A DNA stretch of 64,000 bases from contig JAOMTZ010000004.1 in NCBI GenBank assembly GCA_028356125.1, positions 25,552 through 89,551 on the forward strand, in the 5' to 3' direction. The DNA comes from Candidatus Poseidoniaceae archaeon (lineage in GTDB: Archaea > Thermoplasmatota > Poseidoniia > Poseidoniales > Poseidoniaceae). The position numbers were made by a program, and so were the translations under genes. Positions 56,653-64,000 of this stretch are shown here, one piece after another (the first letter of the stretch is position 1; each line of letters starts with the position of its first letter). Under the pieces are notes generated by a model, which did not search any database, was not told the DNA's origin, and worked only from the letters and a program-made list of their open reading frames with translations.

Positions 56653-57798
56653 TCAGAATAGATCGTCATCTTCCTCTTCAACAGCGAAAAGGTCAGTGTT
56701 ATCTTCTTCTTTCTTTGCAGTTTTCTTGGCAGGAGCCTTTTCTTCGACAGGCTCTTCCTTCTTCTCAGGCTGAGGAGTTGGTTGTACGTTTGCGAGTGCG
56801 TCTTTTGCTCTTGCTGCAGCGACTTCAGCTTCTCTTGCTGCCATCTCTTCGGGAGTGATATTTGCTTGTGCTGCCAGTGCTTTGCGCCTGTCTTCACGAG
56901 CCTTTCTCTCTAGTTGTCTGTGACGTGCTCTTTCGATATTTTGTACCATGTACATTGCATCGTGTTCTAGTAATGGTGAATCTGAGATCAGAGTCATATC
57001 TAGCCATGCACCATCTTCTATGATGAATTCAGCGAGTGGTTCGAAATTCAAATCTGACTTCTTAATTTGAGTGTAGTGCATAGCATTACCCATGCGGTGC
57101 TCTACTCCAGAGAAGTGACAATAGAACTCTTTGGTACCGATTGTTTCTCTGACCTGGTCGAACAATTCTCCATAGTCTTCTGAAGTACGGAGTCTTCCGT
57201 GACCTCTTGCGTGTATGTGTGCAAGGTTCAGAACTGGAATAGTCCCTTCAACGTGATTTACAACTTCTAGAACTTCTTCCAGACTACCCCATAATTCTTG
57301 TCGGCCGCTAGTTTCGACACCAATCTTTGCAGGAGTTCCTTCTTTTAGCCAAGGGAATACTGGATAGATTTCTTCATCGTCATTCCAAATGTCGTGAATT
57401 CTTTGAACAATTCCTTTGAACACACTTGCAACTTGTTCGTTTGCTGCCTGTCCGCGACTCATATCTCCATAATGGCCGGCGTGTAGAGTAACATGCCTAG
57501 CATTGATTGTCTTTGCCGCCTGAAGAGCCGCTTCGATTTTGGCAAGGCTCCGATTGCGTTGAAGGCGGTCGCCGAGTAATTCAGAATAGTATGGCCCGTG
57601 GATGTTCATTTCAAACCCAGTCTTGTGTGCAAGCACTCCAGCTTGCCAGTACTGTTCAAAGTGCTGAGGGGCTACCATGCGCACCGTTTGTACTTCCATT
57701 GTCTCTAAACCTAGAGAGATAATATCGTCCATTCCTTCGACGATAGTTCGCCCTTTACATGATAGTGGAACTCCGGCTGGACCTAATTTTACTGGCAT
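56653..57798 (-). CDS. nfo: Endonuclease IV / AP endonuclease 2 TIM-barrel protein with charged C-terminal tail
   Basis: KLGPAGVP, IHGPYY, ETSG, AHIHAR, CHFSG; start set at MPVKLG. Confidence 0.75.
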   Translation of the reverse strand: MPVKLGPAGVPLSCKGRTIVEGMDDIISLGLETMEVQTVRMVAPQHFEQYWQAGVLAHKTGFEMNIHGPYYSELLGDRLQRNRSLAKIEAALQAAKTINARHVTLHAGHYGDMSRGQAANEQVASVFKGIVQRIHDIWNDDEEIYPVFPWLKEGTPAKIGVETSGRQELWGSLEEVLEVVNHVEGTIPVLNLAHIHARGHGRLRTSEDYGELFDQVRETIGTKEFYCHFSGVEHRMGNAMHYTQIKKSDLNFEPLAEFIIEDGAWLDMTLISDSPLLEHDAMYMVQNIERARHRQLERKAREDRRKALAAQANITPEEMAAREAEVAAARAKDALANVQPTPQPEKKEEPVEEKAPAKKTAKKEEDNTDLFAVEEEDDDLF

Positions 57799-57922
57799 GT
57801 TCCCACTCCCGCAGAACAGGCGGAAGGGCTGTCCTATGTTAACCTCTTTCCGTGAAGCGTACTCTAATAGTGTGGGTTTTTGGGGGGTTGGTTTCATTTG
57901 AGAGAACGGAGCCGGAGATAAT

Positions 57923-58618
57923 ATGGAGCCACATGTGGAGGCCGCCGTCGACGCTTTCCGCGCTGGGAACCCGGTTTGTTTATTCGATGCTGAGAACAGA
58001 GAAGGAGAAACTGATCTGTTATTCCCAGGGCAATGCGCAGAAGCAGCCACAATGCGCCAATTGAGGTTTGATTGCGGTGGATTATTGTTCCTCGCAATCG
58101 GGCATGAGGTCGGAGAAAGGTTTTCACTTCCATATCTACAAGATTTGCACATGGATGAAAGACTGATGAGTGATTATCCTGTCTTAAGAGAATTACAAAC
58201 CGATGATTTACAATACGATACTAGAAGCGCATTTACTCTCTCGATTAACCATCGAGATACATTCACCGGAATTACCGACCGAGACAGAGCATTGACCACT
58301 CGTAGATTTGCAGAGTTATATTCTGAATTATCCGAAGAAGATAATGCTCTAGAGAAGTTGGGCAAAGAGTTCCGAACCCCGGGGCACATTCCCGTATGCC
58401 GTGAATCAGAAGGCGGACTTTCACGCAGACAAGGACACACTGAACTCGCAGTTGGTTTGGCAAGGCTTGCAGGAATGACTCCGGTTGTTATTGGGGCCGA
58501 GATGCTTCAACCAGATGGCGACTTGGCATTACCAGTTGATGATGCTAGAGTTTGGGCAAACGAAAGAGGAATACCCTTCCTAACCGGAAAGGAATTAATG
58601 GGCGCTTTAGGTCTATAA
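57923..58618 (+). CDS. ribB: 3,4-dihydroxy-2-butanone 4-phosphate synthase (archaeal type)
   Basis: FDAENREGETD, SINH..TFTGITDRDRA, FRTPGH, RQGHTE. Confidence 0.92.
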   Translation: MEPHVEAAVDAFRAGNPVCLFDAENREGETDLLFPGQCAEAATMRQLRFDCGGLLFLAIGHEVGERFSLPYLQDLHMDERLMSDYPVLRELQTDDLQYDTRSAFTLSINHRDTFTGITDRDRALTTRRFAELYSELSEEDNALEKLGKEFRTPGHIPVCRESEGGLSRRQGHTELAVGLARLAGMTPVVIGAEMLQPDGDLALPVDDARVWANERGIPFLTGKELMGALGL

Positions 58619-58645
58619 CACAACAATTCACAAGGAGGATTTGAC

Positions 58646-59098
58646 ATGACCAGGGTTATGGCAGTAGGTGTTTTTGACCTACTCCATGCAGGTCACTTAC
58701 ATTACATGGAGCAAGCCAAATCCCTCGGAGATTATCTTGTTGTAGTCGTAGCTCACGACGATACAGTTCGTAAAAGAAAACACGAACCAGTTACTGGACA
58801 AGCTTTGCGTAGAAGAATGGTTGAAGGATTAAAACCGGTCGATAGAGCAGTTATTGGCAATCCTCCGGATGTCCCGATTTTCGATATTCTGCCGAAAGTG
58901 AAACCAGATATTATCGCTCTTGGTTATGACCAAGAGCATGCTGAAGAGAGGATTAGAAGTTCACTTGAGTCTAGAGGTTTGGGCCACATCAAAGTGGTTA
59001 GGGTCGAAGGGTTATCAGATGACTTGGATGGGACTAGAAAGATAATTGCTAGAATTTTGGAATTGTCATCTCCAAAAGAACAACAGGAGGAGCAATAA
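58646..59098 (+). CDS. ribL: Archaeal FAD synthase
   Basis: GVFDLLHAGH, KPDIIALGYDQ; rib operon context. Confidence 0.85.
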   Translation: MTRVMAVGVFDLLHAGHLHYMEQAKSLGDYLVVVVAHDDTVRKRKHEPVTGQALRRRMVEGLKPVDRAVIGNPPDVPIFDILPKVKPDIIALGYDQEHAEERIRSSLESRGLGHIKVVRVEGLSDDLDGTRKIIARILELSSPKEQQEEQ

Positions 59099-59703
59099 TG
59101 TTCACCGGGATTGTTGCAGGTACAGGCCGAATCACCGAACTTGAGGGTAATGATGTAATCAGAATCGTTATTGACTTTGCGATGGTTTCCACCGAAGGTC
59201 TCGAAGAGGGGGCCTCAGTTTCAGTTGACGGGGTCTGTTTGACAGTCGTCGATATAGATGAGCAATACATTTCTTTTGACGCAATACCAGAAACACTCTC
59301 TTTAACCACATTAGGCGAGAAGATTGTTGGCAATTGGGTCAATTTAGAAAGAGCCTTGAAAATGGGAGATGAACTTGGAGGTCATTTACTATCTGGGCAC
59401 ATCATGGGCGTTGGAGAAATCATAGAACGCTCTTCTGGAGAAGATCACTTGGACTTACTAATCGATTGCCCAGATGATATTCTAAAGTTCGTGCAGCAAA
59501 AAGGATACATTGCAATCGACGGAATATCTCTCACAATTGGAGAGGTGGATGATGGAGGATTTGCTCTACATTTGATTCCGGAGACAATGAAATTGACAAC
59601 AATCGGAGGAAAACAACTCGGTGAACATGTCAATATCGAAGTAGATTCCATGACACAAACAATTGTGTCAACAGTTGAGAGAGTACTTGAGGGGAGAATA
59701 TGA
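59098..59703 (+). CDS. ribE: Riboflavin synthase (bacterial-type alpha chain)
   Basis: MFTGIV, SVDGVCLT, VNLERAL, GGHLLSGH, VNIEVD. Confidence 0.93.
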   Translation: MFTGIVAGTGRITELEGNDVIRIVIDFAMVSTEGLEEGASVSVDGVCLTVVDIDEQYISFDAIPETLSLTTLGEKIVGNWVNLERALKMGDELGGHLLSGHIMGVGEIIERSSGEDHLDLLIDCPDDILKFVQQKGYIAIDGISLTIGEVDDGGFALHLIPETMKLTTIGGKQLGEHVNIEVDSMTQTIVSTVERVLEGRI

Positions 59704-60095
59704 ACAAGATTTCAATCGTCTGCGGCAGTTTCCACGAAGAGGAAATGAAAATAATGCTAGACTTTGCTCGTAAGCAATGCGAAATAGAGGGTCTGGAAAT
59801 CTCAGAGATAGTCTGGGTTCCAGGTGCAATGGAGGTTCCATTAGCCCTTTCTCGCCTAATCGAGAATGGAGGAATTGATGGCGCTGCATGCTTGGGGATT
59901 ATCGAGAAAGGTAGTACTCAACACGGACTTGCAATGGGTCAGGCAGTCATCAAATCAATAATCGAATTACAACTAAGTTCTGGAATGCCAATCGGATTAG
60001 GAATAATTGGCCCTGGAGCGGAACCAAAACATATCGAGCCGAGATTAGAGCCTCATGCTAGGGCTGCAGTCTCAGCAATTTCTTCGATGCTCTGA
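59700..60095 (+). CDS. ribH: 6,7-dimethyl-8-ribityllumazine synthase
   Basis: VPGAMEVP, LGIIEKGSTQH, PIGLGI. Confidence 0.9.
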   Translation: MNKISIVCGSFHEEEMKIMLDFARKQCEIEGLEISEIVWVPGAMEVPLALSRLIENGGIDGAACLGIIEKGSTQHGLAMGQAVIKSIIELQLSSGMPIGLGIIGPGAEPKHIEPRLEPHARAAVSAISSML

Positions 60096-60592
60096 TTCTT
60101 TTCCTTCTTCAGGATGTACCACCAGACTGAACCAAGTATGATTACTTGGGGCCAAAAGAACCACCATGTGCTCCATCTAACTCCATCAAACATGAAATCG
60201 CTGAACGGGTGAAGGAATGGAGTTGGGAAGAAATCAATCGTATGGCCGGGTATATCCATTAGGATATGGAAGAACCAAGGTAGAACAAACATCCAAGCCA
60301 TGTATTTAGGATTCTCATGTTCTTTAGATTTCAAGACATACCAAGCGGTAAGGAACAAGATTAGAACGATGGTCAAAGAATGTGTCCATTGGTAAATCGA
60401 CCAAGCAACAGGAAGATCTGATGTGACTGCAGTGTCCACATCTACTCTCTCAATTCCATAAATCAGGCCATAGATAGTCGAGGGAACAAAGGCCATCAAG
60501 TCGGGTAAAACACCCATTGGGCCACTAACTTTCCAAGACACCTTTCCGCGAGTTAATGCCATGCCCCATAGCCAGTGAGAAAATACGTCCAT
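60053..60592 (-). CDS. Membrane-bound metal-dependent hydrolase (YdjM-like)
   Basis: MDVFSH, LPDL, THSL, HILMD. Confidence 0.75.
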   Translation of the reverse strand: MDVFSHWLWGMALTRGKVSWKVSGPMGVLPDLMAFVPSTIYGLIYGIERVDVDTAVTSDLPVAWSIYQWTHSLTIVLILFLTAWYVLKSKEHENPKYMAWMFVLPWFFHILMDIPGHTIDFFPTPFLHPFSDFMFDGVRWSTWWFFWPQVIILGSVWWYILKKEKNQSIEEIAETAALA

Positions 60593-60666
60593 GAACTCGC
60601 GAATTACAGTTTATTCATCAATGTTGAGAGAGAATGTTCAAGGATGCTATTGCCTTGGAAGAACTC

Positions 60667-61599
60667 ATGGGCGACAACATACGCAATGTGATTATCATCG
60701 GAAGCGGACCTGCTGGATACACTGCAGGACTCTATACTGCACGCGCAATGCTTGAACCTCTCATGTTTGCAGGATACATGTCTGGTGGCCAATTGATGCT
60801 AACTAGTGATGTAGAAAACTTCCCTGGCTATCCTAAAGGAATTGGTGGCCCTGAGATGATGATGGAACTCAGGGAGCAAGCTGAAAGGTTTGGATTAGAA
60901 GTGCAAGATCGCAATGTCGACAGAGTTGACTTGTCAGAACGCCCCTTCAAGGTATATTCAGAAGGTGAAGAGTACCTCACTCATGCGATAATTGTTTCAA
61001 CAGGAGCAGAGTCTATCTGGCTTGGAGTTGAAGGAGAAGAAGAACAGAAAGGCAGAGGTATCTCTACCTGTGCAACCTGTGATGGTGCATTTTTCAAAGA
61101 GCAAGAAGTACTGGTTGTTGGCGGAGGAGATTCCGCAATGGAAGAAGCAACCTTCTTGACCCGATTTGCATCCAAGGTTACTCTCGTCCACCGTAGAGAT
61201 GTATTCCGTGCATCACAAGTTATGTATGATCGTGCAGCTAACCATGAGAAAATCGAAATCAAAACATTCCGCCAAGTAAAGAAATGGCTTTCAGATGATT
61301 CTGGATTGACTGGTGCAGTACTGGAAGACCCACGAGATGGTTCCACTGAAGAAATCGCACTGAGTGGGGCATTCATTGCTATTGGTCACACTCCGATTAC
61401 TGGATTCTTAGAAGGTCAATTAGAGACTGATGAAGAAGGATATCTAATTCACCGTGATCATACCATGACAAATGTATCTGGAGTTTTCGCAGCAGGAGAC
61501 GTTGTCGATACGAGGTACAAACAAGCAATTACTGCAGCAGGCCTAGGTTGCCAAGCAGCAATTGACTGTGAGCGTTGGTTAGAAGAGAACGAACATTGA
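60667..61599 (+). CDS. trxB: Thioredoxin reductase
   Basis: GSGPAG, ENFPG, CATCDG, GGGDSAMEEA, FAAGD. Confidence 0.95.
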   Translation: MGDNIRNVIIIGSGPAGYTAGLYTARAMLEPLMFAGYMSGGQLMLTSDVENFPGYPKGIGGPEMMMELREQAERFGLEVQDRNVDRVDLSERPFKVYSEGEEYLTHAIIVSTGAESIWLGVEGEEEQKGRGISTCATCDGAFFKEQEVLVVGGGDSAMEEATFLTRFASKVTLVHRRDVFRASQVMYDRAANHEKIEIKTFRQVKKWLSDDSGLTGAVLEDPRDGSTEEIALSGAFIAIGHTPITGFLEGQLETDEEGYLIHRDHTMTNVSGVFAAGDVVDTRYKQAITAAGLGCQAAIDCERWLEENEH

Positions 61600-61609
61600 G
61601 GCAATCATA

Positions 61610-62695
61610 ATGGTTGATATTGAACGTCATTCACGCCACATTCTACTCCCGCAGGTAGGAGCAGATGGGCAAAAAATGATTTCACAGTCTCGAGTTCTAT
61701 GCGTTGGGGCAGGAGGACTTGGTAGTCCAGTCATCCAGTACCTAGCTGCTGCAGGAATTGGACACCTCACAATCGTGGACGATGACGTAGTTGAAATTTC
61801 AAACTTACAGAGACAAGTGATTCACAGAAGTTCAGATATAGGGATTCCAAAAGCAGATTCTGCTAAGAGATTCGTAAACGAACTGGATCCAAACATTTCT
61901 GTTGACTCAAGAGTGGTTAGGTTAGATGAAAATAACGCAGAAGAGTTATTCCGAAATCACGATATTGTGGTCGATGGAACGGACAATATCCCAACTAGGT
62001 ATTTGATTGATGATACCTGTGTTAAATTGGGAACAACATGGGTTTATGGGTCGGTATATAGATTCGAAGGTCAAGTATCGGTATTCAATTTGAATGGTGG
62101 TCCAAGGTATCGGGATTTGTTTCCAGATGCACCACCAGAGGATTTGATTCCTTCCTGTTCTGAAGCCGGGGTTTTAGGGGTTCTACCCGGGTTGATTGGA
62201 AGTTTACAAGCAACAGAAGTGATCAAAATAATTCTTGGAATTGGAAAGATACTTTCTGGTAAATTACTAATTTATGATTCACTTCAATCGGAGCAAAGGC
62301 TGTTGAAATTCGGTAATGATACCAGTGAACAGATTGAAGAGTCAAACCCTACTCCGCTAGAATCAATGTTCTATTCGATAGACTCCTCAAAGGCATTGGC
62401 TAAGATGAATGATGGATGGGAACCTTATTTCATAGACGTGAGGTCTCAAGTGGAATGGAATCGTGCTCGAATAGAGAAATCAGTAGATTTCTGCCCGCAC
62501 GATGAGATACTTTCGGCGATAAGTCGAATTCCTAAAAACCAAGATGTATTGGTTCATTGCAGAAGTGGAATGCGTTCCCAACTTGCGATAATGGAACTTA
62601 TTCAAGCAGGATATGATTCTACTAAGTTGTACAATCTTTCTGGCGGAATCCTCGAATGGGCCGAAATTAATCCAGAAGGTATCATACAAGGCTGA
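61610..62695 (+). CDS. moeB: ThiF/MoeB (E1-like) adenylyltransferase fused to rhodanese
   Basis: GAGGLG, SNLQRQ, DGTDN, SCSEAGVLG; HCRSGMRS rhodanese active site. Confidence 0.88.
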   Translation: MVDIERHSRHILLPQVGADGQKMISQSRVLCVGAGGLGSPVIQYLAAAGIGHLTIVDDDVVEISNLQRQVIHRSSDIGIPKADSAKRFVNELDPNISVDSRVVRLDENNAEELFRNHDIVVDGTDNIPTRYLIDDTCVKLGTTWVYGSVYRFEGQVSVFNLNGGPRYRDLFPDAPPEDLIPSCSEAGVLGVLPGLIGSLQATEVIKIILGIGKILSGKLLIYDSLQSEQRLLKFGNDTSEQIEESNPTPLESMFYSIDSSKALAKMNDGWEPYFIDVRSQVEWNRARIEKSVDFCPHDEILSAISRIPKNQDVLVHCRSGMRSQLAIMELIQAGYDSTKLYNLSGGILEWAEINPEGIIQG

Positions 62696-62748
62696 ATTCT
62701 ACTTTCGTTGGGTCAACCTTCAAGGTGTTCATTGCTAGCCAATGGGAT

Positions 62749-63798
62749 GTGCCGAAACTCATCGTAGCCGACGAGAACGAAGGTCGGCGCAATCTACTTG
62801 CCAGTACCTTGGAACGTGCAGGGTACGATATTACGAGGGCTGGGACGCTTAGACAGGCGGAAGGCACCGCACTGGCGACCATGCCAGAAATCGTTCTGAT
62901 AGACGGAGAATGGAAAGTCGGTGACGCTATTGATGCATCACAGAGGTTAATGTCTGACCCAGAATTTGCATTCAAGTGTCGGATTGTAATTCTATCTCGT
63001 GATTCTTCTAAAGAATATCTTACTTCTGCTGCTAGAGCCGGAGTGAATGAAGTAATCACAAAACCAGTCGACATGAATCGTCTACTCGCACAGTTAGACA
63101 AGCATTCGAAGAAGCAATTTGTCCAACCTCCTGCAGATGTATCAAATGTTACTGGTAAAGGCGGAGCCGGATCATTCGATGTATCTATGGTCATGAATGA
63201 TGGCCAATGGGCTTTACCAATGCTGAAAGGTATAGTGACTCCTGAGAAAATTAATGTAGATTTCATCAATGAGATTTTGACTCAATTAGGGGAAGAAGGA
63301 ATTGAAGTTCAGGAAGACCTAGACCCTTCACTAATGTCTAATATGCTTCGAATTGCTTTGAATAATATCGTAAAAGATCTTGATCAAGATGGTAGTCAAG
63401 CAGGACAAAACGTTGTAGGTAGTATGTTACCTTCTGCCAATAAAAGTTCTAAATTAGGTTCAAAATCTGCTAAGAGTAAAGCCACTGGAAGTTCGATGGA
63501 GGAAATACTCCAAAATCAAGCAGATGGATTGGCTGAAGAAATCGAGAGTAAAATGGATGACATACTCGATGAAAGACCAGACTTAGTATCAATTATCCCA
63601 GATTTCGATCAGGTTGTAATCGACCCCGCTGTTCTAGAGTTCACTAGACTTGTTACAGAAACAGCGCATGAATTAATGTGGGATATTGGGAAACCAGGTA
63701 ATGTCACTGACATAACATTGCGAACACGAATTGAAGATATTACTGAAATGCTTGGAGATGTACTATCTTCACTTCCAGAAGGAGAGGAAGAAGAATGA
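62749..63798 (+). CDS. Response-regulator receiver domain protein with acidic helical C-terminus
   Basis: LIVADE, IVLID, VILS and ITKP receiver signature. Confidence 0.75.
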   Translation: MPKLIVADENEGRRNLLASTLERAGYDITRAGTLRQAEGTALATMPEIVLIDGEWKVGDAIDASQRLMSDPEFAFKCRIVILSRDSSKEYLTSAARAGVNEVITKPVDMNRLLAQLDKHSKKQFVQPPADVSNVTGKGGAGSFDVSMVMNDGQWALPMLKGIVTPEKINVDFINEILTQLGEEGIEVQEDLDPSLMSNMLRIALNNIVKDLDQDGSQAGQNVVGSMLPSANKSSKLGSKSAKSKATGSSMEEILQNQADGLAEEIESKMDDILDERPDLVSIIPDFDQVVIDPAVLEFTRLVTETAHELMWDIGKPGNVTDITLRTRIEDITEMLGDVLSSLPEGEEEE

Positions 63799-64000
63799 AA
63801 GAGTCGGATAAGAAATGGGCATTCTGGGCTTTAGCATGTGCCTTTATGGTTGATTTCCTAGGCTATGCATTCATAGTACCAATTCTCCCATCATGGAAAG
63901 AAGAGTTCATGTTATCCAATACTGAAGCAACAGCTTTAGTCTCTTTATGGGCGGTTCCATTATTCTTGCTTGGTCCAAAAACCGGAAGGCTGACTGATAG
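63795..64000 (+). CDS. MFS transporter, 5' part (runs off window)
   Basis: MKESDKKWAFWALACAFMVDFLGYAFIVPILP...GRLTD; ATGA overlap. Confidence 0.8.
   Translation, partial: MKESDKKWAFWALACAFMVDFLGYAFIVPILPSWKEEFMLSNTEATALVSLWAVPLFLLGPKTGRLTD

Noticed and set aside
57799-58152. 118-aa N-terminal extension of the Endo IV-like ORF
   Set aside because: It overlaps ribB antisense, and the family N-terminus begins at MPVKLGPAG (57798).

Overview
Gene-dense archaeal chromosomal segment that most resembles Marine Group II Euryarchaeota (Poseidoniales). The evidence is RqcH, Gar1, archaeal RibB/RibL, LAGC lipoproteins and choice-of-anchor/PGF-CTERM-like surface proteins alongside bacterial-type GpsA, AcnA and Nei. 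It has about 58 CDSs and one tRNA-Gln(CTG); no CRISPR array or transposase was seen. Main finding: the apparent PhnCDE phosphonate ABC locus (50459-54379) has a bilobed transferrin-like lipoprotein as its binding protein. Both lobes keep the Asp/Glu-Tyr-Tyr-His iron ligands and the SCHTG carbonate site, and two DtxR-type TTTAGG-N4-CCTAAA boxes flank the promoter, which points to an iron-regulated transferrin-ABC Fe(III) importer. Other notable items: (1) a giant ZnuA with a His/acidic, EF-hand and Cys-module insert, opposite a NikR-family regulator with altered ligands; (2) a Gar1 fused to RG/D repeats and four RanBP2 zinc fingers; (3) an AT-rich, translationally coupled GT/M20/NAT/deacetylase operon opposite a CARF-like wHTH regulator; (4) a ~2160-aa surface protein interrupted by one in-frame TGA. 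All family calls come from motif recognition by eye, not database searches.
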